A DNA stretch of 64,000 nt from the NCBI GenBank assembly GCA_965249555.1, contig OZ252243.1, positions 416,001 through 480,000 of the forward strand, read 5' to 3'. A program made the translations under genes and the position numbers. How positions within the stretch are numbered: the stretch's first letter is position 1; each line of letters starts with the position of its first letter. The stretch comes from Nitrosopumilus sp. (GTDB lineage: Archaea > Thermoproteota > Nitrososphaeria > Nitrososphaerales > Nitrosopumilaceae). This document shows, one piece after another, positions 1-7,771 of the stretch. The notes beneath the pieces are model-generated. The model was not told the origin of the DNA. It saw nothing but the letters and a program-made list of their open reading frames with translations, and made no database searches.

Positions 1-451
1 CTTCTCTAACAGAATCAGGTTCTTTTAATTCTATTTCATCTCTTTCAGTTAAACCATTAAGATAAGTGGTTCCAAAAATTTCTAATTTATTATTTCCAGA
101 ACCTGTAAAATTCAATGTAACAAAAGAAATTTTGTCATTAGATTTTATTTCAGGGAAGAATTCTTGATCATTAAGATAAAATGTGAAATTTCCACCCAAA
201 AGATTTTGAGGAATAATAATCTCACCTAAATTATTTTCCAACCTACTATCAATGTATAATGTTAATCTTTTCTTATCCTTATCAAAATCAAAATCCGGTA
301 TGTCATAATTAGCGACAGTGTTAATTTCAAATGTATGACCACTTGTTTCAATGTCAAGATGGTTTACCAATCCAGTAGCATCAGAAAGTGCACCAAATGC
401 AGGTGTAATTACTAAAACTAAGAGTATTGGAATAAATAAAAATATCTTCAA
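1..451 (-). CDS. Secreted/surface protein of thaumarchaeal type (3' end runs off window)
   Basis: Manual translation from TTG at 451: LKIFLFIPILLVLVITPAFGA (signal peptide) then LSDATGLVNHLDIETSGH...GEIIIPQNLLGGNFTFYLND; open to window edge; not in the ORF track. Confidence 0.65.
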   Translation of the reverse strand, partial: MKIFLFIPILLVLVITPAFGALSDATGLVNHLDIETSGHTFEINTVANYDIPDFDFDKDKKRLTLYIDSRLENNLGEIIIPQNLLGGNFTFYLNDQEFFPEIKSNDKISFVTLNFTGSGNNKLEIFGTTYLNGLTERDEIELKEPDSVRE

Positions 452-452
452 T

Positions 453-917
453 TTATGCAGCTTGAGGTACCCGTTTGTTTAATTCTTTGTCTTGAGCAAT
501 TCGCGGATGCTCTGGATCTGCCAATATAACTTCAAACCAATAGTGCTTTCCATCTTTGTAAATAAAGTAAGAGCCCAAAAGTTTCATGTTTGGATATCTC
601 TCAAGAACTCTTCTGTCAGCAACTGTCTTCATGTCGTCATCTGCCTTGATTCTTGTAACACCAAGATGTTTTGGTCGTCTTCCACCAGTAGGTCTTTGTT
701 TTCTCATACCACCGGTTCCAACTCTCATTCGGACAACAATGATTCCCTGTTTTGCCTTGTAGCCCAGTCTTCTAGCTCTTTGTATTCTACTTGGTTTTTC
801 GATTCTGGTAATGGCATTTTGTCTACGCCATCTAATCACACGCTCACGTAGTTCAGGAGCATTTTCTTTCCAAAGTCTGATCCATATCTTGTCTTGATGG
901 CTAGGCATATCGGGCAT
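453..917 (-). CDS. rpl15e: 50S ribosomal protein L15e
   Basis: RARRLGYKAKQG and YWFEVILADP motifs diagnostic of eL15. Confidence 0.97.
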   Translation of the reverse strand: MPDMPSHQDKIWIRLWKENAPELRERVIRWRRQNAITRIEKPSRIQRARRLGYKAKQGIIVVRMRVGTGGMRKQRPTGGRRPKHLGVTRIKADDDMKTVADRRVLERYPNMKLLGSYFIYKDGKHYWFEVILADPEHPRIAQDKELNKRVPQAA

Positions 918-990
918 AGTAAAATCCCCTTTAATAACTGTAAAAGAGTCATTCTACTCCCTTTAACTAGAATTCTGATGTACTAATCTC

Positions 991-2230
991 ATGGTTACTG
1001 CTTACCAAAAATTCTCTGAGGCAATTCATGTGGAAGCCACTAGAAAGACCTATCAAATCTACATCAAGAAATTCTTGGATATGCTAATGAAGACTACGAT
1101 AGTCTGGTAAAACTACAGCAGTCCGAAATTGAAGATTTAGTTTTCAACTATGTAATTCATCTAAAAGATCTAACTGAAAGAACAGGAACACCTAGTCCTA
1201 ACTCTTACAATACCATGACTTCACCAATTAAACTATTTTTAGATATTAATGATATTTTGCTTAATTGGGTAAAAATCAAAAAATATTTTCCTGCAAAAAG
1301 ACCAGTAGTCAATCAATTACCATATACAGATGATGATGCTAGAGAATTGTTAGCAGCTACAACTAGTGTAAGAAACAAGGCGTTTATTCATTTTCTAGCT
1401 GCAACAGGTTGTAGAGTTGGAGCAATACCTGAACTAACTATTGAGGATGTAAAACAAATTGATAAAGGTGCAATAGTTACAATATACAAAGATACAACTG
1501 AAGAATACAGAACGTGTTTAACTCCAGAAGTATTTTATCATTTGAAAAAATATCTTTCTCAGAGAATCAATACAAGTACAAATTCACCATTATTCACTAC
1601 AAAAAATAATGCAGACTCTTTGAGTTTAGATGCTGCAGGAGATGTGATTAGACATATTAGAAAACAAGCAAAATTAACAGTTGATTTTGGAAGAAAATCA
1701 ATAGAGATAAATCACAAAATCATGCATTTAGAAAACGCTTCACACTTTGTTTAGCAAATGCTGACATTCAATCCAAATTCATTGAATACATGATGGGGCA
1801 TTATGAAAAACAAGATAGATATTATTTCAAACCAAGCGATGAAGATTTGTGGTTTCAGTACAAAAAAGCAATTAAAATTCTAACTTTGGATAAATCTGAG
1901 GCTATGAAACATGAATTAGAACAAAATAGAATAATCATTGATGACTATGAAAAGAGATTAGAGGAAAAAGTATCTGAAATTGAAAATAGGTATGAAGGTG
2001 TTGTTGGAGCACTAGAAGTTGAGGTATGGGTTGCAAAAATGAAAAAATTCTTCTTAGATCAACTAGAAGGCAGAGGACATACTCATGCAAATAAAAAATA
2101 CATTTCACAAATGCGTGATTTTGTTGATGCATCTACTTCATCAGATGCATTGAAAGTATTTGGTGGAGATAGCGAATTGGTTAATTTTATGAGAAATTGG
2201 AAAAATTTAGCCAATGATAAAGCTAATTGA
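991..2230 (+). pseudogene. Tyrosine recombinase/integrase broken by two -1 frameshifts (~1075 and ~1700)
   Basis: Three consecutive frames join into MVTAYQKFSEAI...YDSLVKL...FLAATGCRVGAI (catalytic R)...NHAFRKRF (HxxR)...MMGH...DRYY (catalytic Y). ORFs 1215-1754 and 1790-2230 are pieces. Confidence 0.88.
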
Positions 2231-2266
2231 GTTTAGTCTAATGAATAATTGAAACTAATACGAAAA

Positions 2267-2761
2267 TTACAGATTATGTTGTGTTTTAAATTGAATAATA
2301 CGAGTAATCGATGCTCGGATTTCATCAGAACTAAATCTAGGTTTTGTATCAGAAATGAATTCAACCATAGAAACAATATCATTTTCAGTGACAGTTCTTT
2401 CTGGAAGTAAATACCAGACAGTAGCATACAATTCTAAAACATACACATTGTTTACATTTTCGCCAAATAATTCATTTATGAGACCAACAGTATGTTGCTC
2501 GCCCTCATTTAATTTAGCATTACAAAAAGAATCATTTGCAATACCTTTGTAAAGAACAGTAGTGAAAGTTGGGGAATATGGACCATAATGATAATATGTA
2601 TAGTTAAAGCCACCACCAGAACCTAAAACATCACAAAAGAAACCAAGTTTTTGAAGACGTAATCGATCATTAAAGTTATCCATGTTAATTGTTCCAAAAT
2701 GTTGGATTATCTTTAATGTTGGATTTTCTTCATATAATGACATAATCTTATTTCTGTACAT
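2267..2761 (-). CDS. YwgA/SocA(Panacea)/DarG C-terminal-like protein, possible antitoxin or regulator
   Basis: RLRLQKLGFF, YHYGPYS and LELYATVWY motifs typical of this helical family. Confidence 0.65.
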   Translation of the reverse strand: MYRNKIMSLYEENPTLKIIQHFGTINMDNFNDRLRLQKLGFFCDVLGSGGGFNYTYYHYGPYSPTFTTVLYKGIANDSFCNAKLNEGEQHTVGLINELFGENVNNVYVLELYATVWYLLPERTVTENDIVSMVEFISDTKPRFSSDEIRASITRIIQFKTQHNL

Positions 2762-2768
2762 AATGAAA

Positions 2769-4001
2769 TCATTTATCCCTTTCTTTGTCTTTATAGATCA
2801 GCTTTTGTAAATACTCAATGAACTTTTCTTTGACTTGAAAATAATAAGTTTTTGAAGCAAATGGGCTGCCACTTTTCAATTTTGCTGCTTGTTCATCTTC
2901 AACTAAGGAAAAAACAACAACCGCATTACCAATTTCTTTTGCATGTTTGATTTCAGCATCCACACCATCAGATCTATTTCCTTTATAATATGGTCTATAA
3001 ACTGCCAAGATATTTGCGGCATTCACTAAAGCATAATCTCTTGCTTGCACTTGATCAGAAATAGAATCTTTAACCTCTTCTATCTCCACAACAGGTATTT
3101 TTATTGGCCAATTTGGTTCAGGTACAAGAGGTTCAGAAATTTCTAAAGGCCAACGATCAGATTTCTTCAATTCTATTTCAACAGAAGATGGATCATCCTC
3201 AAGTGTTTTTGTTAGTACAGACACTAATGATAATTCATCTATGGTTACAGGATCAAAAATTGTCACATCTAAGTCCAAACCCATCTTATGCATTTCCAAT
3301 CGGTATTCGTTAACTTCGACCATACTTTCAGCATTAGTTCTAGGATATGTAATAGGATATGATAGATAGAGAGTTTTAGGAACTTCGTTAAAAATTAGAT
3401 TATGAAATGTTGAATATGGATGTCTTACAGATACCAAATAATTATTTACGAATTGACCCTCATTTTCTGAACTAAAAGCAATTTTAAGAGATTCAGAATG
3501 TATTGATTCCAATGAACGCCAAGCCAATATTTCACTTAAACGCAAACTCGTTTTTAGATAGATATCTTCTCTTTCCTTTATACTCTGCCAAATTGAAAAT
3601 ATATCATCAATCAAAGTAATAATTTTCACAGTAGATTTAGGAAAAGATGCAACAAGAGAAAGAAAGTCATTTGTATTAAGTGGGGGGAAAAATTCACTGT
3701 TTTTGTAATAGCTCAAATGCACATTCACAAATACAAATTTTTTATCAGGGTTTTTTGAAATAATGGTCTTTATCCAAGCAAAAGTATCTTGAATAATTTT
3801 TACTTTATGATAGGGGTTTGGAATATCTAAAAAATCAGGAATGCTATTAGGAGGCATTCCAGGTCTTTGAGGATTTACCAATTCATGTTCGAAATCAATA
3901 TGTAAAATATCTGAAGAACGACCAGATTGAGAGATTAAGTTATTGATTAATTTTTTTTTATTTGTGCCAGTTATTCCAGTAAAAAATACAATTTCAGTCA
4001 A
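2769..4001 (-). CDS. P-loop archaeal adenylate-kinase-like domain fused to a nucleoside 2'-deoxyribosyltransferase/NMP N-glycosidase-like domain
   Basis: N-terminal FFTGITGTNK (degenerate Walker A) and FVNVH; C-terminal YLSYP, FDP, RDYALV and SDGVDAEIKHAKEIG (NDT/DNPH1-type pattern with catalytic Glu). Confidence 0.62.
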   Translation of the reverse strand: MTEIVFFTGITGTNKKKLINNLISQSGRSSDILHIDFEHELVNPQRPGMPPNSIPDFLDIPNPYHKVKIIQDTFAWIKTIISKNPDKKFVFVNVHLSYYKNSEFFPPLNTNDFLSLVASFPKSTVKIITLIDDIFSIWQSIKEREDIYLKTSLRLSEILAWRSLESIHSESLKIAFSSENEGQFVNNYLVSVRHPYSTFHNLIFNEVPKTLYLSYPITYPRTNAESMVEVNEYRLEMHKMGLDLDVTIFDPVTIDELSLVSVLTKTLEDDPSSVEIELKKSDRWPLEISEPLVPEPNWPIKIPVVEIEEVKDSISDQVQARDYALVNAANILAVYRPYYKGNRSDGVDAEIKHAKEIGNAVVVFSLVEDEQAAKLKSGSPFASKTYYFQVKEKFIEYLQKLIYKDKERDK

Positions 4002-4127
4002 TGATCATAAGATATGAATATGGAGTATTTGAAGTTAGATTAACATTTTTATGAAACTAATTGAGTTAAGATTCTACAATTCTAACATTTTGAATTGTAG
4101 TTGATTGTTTGTCATCAACTATTGTAA

Positions 4128-4262
4128 CTATTGGCTTTTTACAAAAAGTAATGGTAAAACTAACTTGTAATTTTCAGAAGCATTAAGTGATTTTCTCAAG
4201 ACATCTGCTGCATTTTTGAGCTTCTTTTCAAGATCTTTTGCAGTTAATTTTTGATTTGACAA
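4128..4262 (-). pseudogene. hsdM: Type I R-M methyltransferase HsdM N-terminal fragment (44 aa)
   Basis: Manual translation LSNQKLTAKDLEKKLKNAADVLRKSLNASENYKLVLPLLFVKSQ* matches the HsdM_N pattern LE..L..AAD.LR....ASEY...VL.LLF.K. Confidence 0.7.
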
Positions 4263-4430
4263 TATGAATTTGTGAATTGTCCATAAAATAAAGATGCAGT
4301 TTAAGAATCAACCATTTATCTTGTTAAATTTGCATTTTACAGTAAGAGATGTTTTGGCATTAAAAGGGTCAAAAATAGCCACTTTCTAACTGTAAATCGA
4401 GGAATCCTAGGTATCACTAATCAATTAAAA

Positions 4431-4530
4431 TTCTCTTTGAGTGATGGTTCACAACCCACACACCCAAAGAATTTGCCTCCGCAAGAAAACTCGATAATCA
4501 AAGTACGTCAAAGCCGTTAAAAAGGATTTC
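4431..4530 (-). promoter_or_regulatory. Putative native rpl15e promoter and structured 5' leader
   Basis: Minus-strand BRE/TATA-like GAAATCCTTTTTAA (4517-4530), small hairpin UUGC-GGAG-GCAA (4473-4484) and 10-bp stem UCUUUGGGUG/CACUCAAAGA (4434-4470) whose G-U pair forms only on the minus strand. Confidence 0.5.
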
Positions 4531-4577
4531 TCAGTATGGATTTGAGATTTTTATTGAGTAATACTAGCAAACCAATA

Positions 4578-5234
4578 ATGAAAGCAAGAATTGTGATTTT
4601 GCCCATAATTTTGGCAATAAGTTTTGTATTTTTACCAGTTGTGTATGCAGAGCCTTCAGTTAACATCATAATGGAAAAAACAACATACAGTTATTGTGAA
4701 AGATTATTTTACATAATTGAAGTTTCAGAAGTTACAGGAGAGTCTGCAATTATTCACATTAGAGATGAATCAGGTAAAGAAAGTAGTGCAATTCCAATTG
4801 AGATAACAAATTTACAAAATCCAGTCCCATCACTAGTTGCTTTTGAAGCAGAAATATTTCCACTGGGAAAATATTTCATAGATGTAGAATATTCCGGTGC
4901 AGAATTTACTGCAGAATTTAATTTAATTGATTCAGATAATATTTGTATTCCACAAGCAATTAAACAATTTATGATTGAATGGCTTAATGATAAAATGCCA
5001 GATGGATATCTAATTGATGCATTGCAGAAATATGTAGATACGAAATTAATTGACATACCTTTTGAAATTAATGATAAAAATATTCATGAAATTGACATAC
5101 CATATTGGGTAAAAAATGTAGGGTATTGGTGGGTTCAAGGAATAATTTCAGACAAAGACTTTGCTCAAGTGATCAGTTATCTAATTGATGAAAAGGTAAT
5201 TTCTTTACCAATAGTATTGGAAAATGAAATATGA
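4578..5234 (+). CDS. Secreted thaumarchaeal protein with C-terminal IPxWVKN...WW domain
   Basis: Signal peptide MKARIVILPIILAISFVFLPVVYA; IPYWVKNVGYWWVQGIISDKDF domain. Start moved from 4536 to ATG 4578. Confidence 0.75.
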   Translation: MKARIVILPIILAISFVFLPVVYAEPSVNIIMEKTTYSYCERLFYIIEVSEVTGESAIIHIRDESGKESSAIPIEITNLQNPVPSLVAFEAEIFPLGKYFIDVEYSGAEFTAEFNLIDSDNICIPQAIKQFMIEWLNDKMPDGYLIDALQKYVDTKLIDIPFEINDKNIHEIDIPYWVKNVGYWWVQGIISDKDFAQVISYLIDEKVISLPIVLENEI

Positions 5235-5746
5235 ATAAACATTCAATCATCACAATAATAGCAATAATAGTTATAGTTACTCCATTTGCTTATTCTGGAT
5301 TAAGTATTGTTGGAGTACAACAATTAGAGTATAGATGGGACAATCCTGGTGAATTTACTTTTTTTACAATGTTAAATCAAGGTGAAATGGAATTTTGTAA
5401 TGCAATACCATTTTGGGTTACCTTTCAAAAATTTGAGATATCAACATTTTATCAATCAGAACATTTAGGTTCATTTGTTGTACAACCATTAACAATCAAC
5501 CCATATTCCTCAGTAGTGCAAGAGGGAATTTTCTCATCCGAAGAGATTTCAGAAGCTCAGCATATTTTTATGACTTTTGATTTTATGTTTAATGGTGGAA
5601 ATATCAGACTTGATCCTAATCAGTTTATCATTCTAATAACTACACATACCCCAATATTAGGAATAATTCCTTATTCATCTACAACTCAGATTTCAGGATT
5701 TGAATTTGATAAAATGATGAATGCTGAAGATTTAACTTGTGATTGA
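5231..5746 (+). CDS. Hypothetical N-terminally membrane-anchored protein
   Basis: 171-aa ORF with hydrophobic N-terminus; ATGA overlap with upstream gene. Confidence 0.75.
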   Translation: MNKHSIITIIAIIVIVTPFAYSGLSIVGVQQLEYRWDNPGEFTFFTMLNQGEMEFCNAIPFWVTFQKFEISTFYQSEHLGSFVVQPLTINPYSSVVQEGIFSSEEISEAQHIFMTFDFMFNGGNIRLDPNQFIILITTHTPILGIIPYSSTTQISGFEFDKMMNAEDLTCD

Positions 5747-6643
5747 TTTTTTTCTCGTATCAGCTCTAGATATTAGAGCCAAAATAATTCCAATAGCTGC
5801 TGCAATTCCAAATGCTGCAATGGTTCCAATAACTAATTCTGAACCTAGTCCTTTTACAGTAATTTCAGGTGACTGAGGTGTTGATGCAAGAACACAAACA
5901 CCGTCTTTGAGAACAGTTCCAGGACCACATCTTTCATCTAATACACAAGCACCGTCTTTGAGAACAGTTCCAGGACCACACTGAGTTTTTGGCGTATCAT
6001 CAACGGATGGTGTTTCTTCGACTGGTGGTTCTTCTACAAGTGTTTCTTCTACAGGTGGTTCTTCTACAGGTGGTTCTTCTACTGGTGGTTCTTCAACTGG
6101 TGGTTCTTCAACTGGTGGTTCTTCTACAGGTGGTTCTTCTACAGGTGGCTCTTCAACTGGTGGCTCTTCAACTGGTGCAGTGCCATCAAAGACTGTACCG
6201 ATAATTTCTACCTCTTCAATTCCTAATGGTAATTCAATGCTCAAAGTTCTACTTTGAGTAGTTGTTTCAGTTTCAGTATAACTTGGTTCATCACCATCTG
6301 CTAAAATAATAAAATCATAATCTAGTCCGTCAAAAGTAGAATCAAAGAAAGATCTATCAAATGTAATATCTAATGTTCCAAGAAAATCAGGTACATCAAC
6401 AGTTAGAATCAAGGAAATAATATCTAAATCAGTTTCAACTCCAGAAACAGTCATTCCTGTAACAGTATAATCAACATCAAATGAGTTTCCTTTGATATCT
6501 ACAGACATAGTTTCTGCATAGACTAGTGCTGAAGAGAGTAGTGTAAACAATATCAAGCCAAGTGAGATTTTTAATAGAGAATTAACATTAGGTGAATACT
6601 TTAGTCTTTCAGATTGCAAATTATCCATTCCGTGGTAATTCAA
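5732..6643 (-). CDS. Surface protein with PPVEE linker, duplicated CGPGTVLKDGxC motif and C-terminal TM anchor
   Basis: Signal-like segment, acidic beta-rich domain, repeats and C-terminal hydrophobic helix; true start may be downstream of 6643. Confidence 0.8.
   Translation of the reverse strand: MNYHGMDNLQSERLKYSPNVNSLLKISLGLILFTLLSSALVYAETMSVDIKGNSFDVDYTVTGMTVSGVETDLDIISLILTVDVPDFLGTLDITFDRSFFDSTFDGLDYDFIILADGDEPSYTETETTTQSRTLSIELPLGIEEVEIIGTVFDGTAPVEEPPVEEPPVEEPPVEEPPVEEPPVEEPPVEEPPVEEPPVEETLVEEPPVEETPSVDDTPKTQCGPGTVLKDGACVLDERCGPGTVLKDGVCVLASTPQSPEITVKGLGSELVIGTIAAFGIAAAIGIILALISRADTRKKSITS
5889..6176. repeat. Coding repeats: 15-bp tandem (PPVEE, ~10 units, ~6020-6176) and 42-bp duplication (CGPGTVLKDGxCVL x2)
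   Basis: Direct reading of GGTGGTTCTTCTACA-like units and two copies of CACCGTCTTTGAGAACAGTTCCAGGACCACA. Confidence 0.9.
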
Positions 6644-6757
6644 TATGATATGAAATCCTCCAAACGGGTGTTAAAAAGAATGAGACGATAATAAATCACG
6701 TACAAGTCAAGCTTTTTTGCTTATTTTTAAAATTCAGGCAGAAATTATACTAAAAAG

Positions 6758-7690
6758 CTAGATAACGCCTCGAAGTATTTGGATAATTTTCTCAGCAATT
6801 ACATTTGCTGCCAAAGATTGAGCTTCTTTTGTTTGAGCACCAATATGTGGTGTTAAAATTACATTATCCAGTTCTGTTAATTTGCTTCCAATTGCTGGCT
6901 CTTTTTCAAATACATCCAAAGCTGCACCACCCAAAGTACCATTTTTGAGGGCATCATAAAGTGCATCTTCATCAACAACACCACCTCTAGACGTATTGAT
7001 AATTTTTGCAGTCTTTTTCATTGTAGACATTTTTTGAGCATCAAGAAGATGATATGTAGAATCTAACAATGGAACATGTATTGAGATATAATCAGAACTT
7101 TGCAATAGAGTATTCAAGTCAGCTTTCATTAAACCAACTTCTTTTGAGAATTCCTCATCAATAGGAATTACATCATATCCAATAATATTCATGTTAAGTG
7201 CACGTGCAAGTCTTCCCAATCTTTTTCCAATGTTTCCTAAACCAATAATTCCAAGATATTTTCCTCGAAGTTCTGTTCCCTTCAATTCTTTTTTGAGCCA
7301 TTTTCCATTTCTGATTTCTCTATCACCCCTAGCAGTCTGTCTTGCCAAAGATAACATCAAACCTAAAACTAATTCAGCTACGGCATTCATTGCACCCTCT
7401 ACTGCATTAATGACACGAATATTTTTTGTCTTGGCTGCATCTTGATCTATATTATCAAGTCCAACACCAACACGTGCAATAATCTTACAATTTTCTGCCT
7501 TTTCGATCATCTCTTTGGTAATAGTTGTTCTACTTCTAACAATTACAATATGAAAATTAGAAATTTTTTCTAGAATCTGTTCGGTAGTAATAGTGGGTTC
7601 GTAGGAAACTTTCAAACCGTTATCATTTAAGATTTTGTTGAGTATTGGATCTACCTCATCACAAATTAAAACAGACTCATCAAAACCCAT
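6758..7690 (-). CDS. serA: D-3-phosphoglycerate dehydrogenase (D-2-hydroxyacid dehydrogenase family)
   Basis: RVGVGLDNID, GIIGLGNIG, INTSRGGVVDE and TPHIGA motifs. Confidence 0.85.
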   Translation of the reverse strand: MGFDESVLICDEVDPILNKILNDNGLKVSYEPTITTEQILEKISNFHIVIVRSRTTITKEMIEKAENCKIIARVGVGLDNIDQDAAKTKNIRVINAVEGAMNAVAELVLGLMLSLARQTARGDREIRNGKWLKKELKGTELRGKYLGIIGLGNIGKRLGRLARALNMNIIGYDVIPIDEEFSKEVGLMKADLNTLLQSSDYISIHVPLLDSTYHLLDAQKMSTMKKTAKIINTSRGGVVDEDALYDALKNGTLGGAALDVFEKEPAIGSKLTELDNVILTPHIGAQTKEAQSLAANVIAEKIIQILRGVI

Positions 7691-7771
7691 GCATGATTGC
7701 CTTTATTCACCGAATATAATCATTATGAGTTAGAACATAAAAAATAGAAAAAGATTGAAGTTAGTACCTAT

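Larger units (their letters stand above)
909..4405. mobile_element. Decayed integrative element inserted at the 5' end of rpl15e
   Basis: Integrase pseudogene at one end and non-housekeeping cargo; TAACTGTAAA at 935-944 and 4387-4396; displaced rpl15e-like start and leader beyond 4405. Boundaries inferred. Confidence 0.6.

Noticed and set aside
6020-6176. Possible CRISPR array
   Set aside because: Contiguous 15-bp in-frame units with no spacers; encodes the PPVEE linker.
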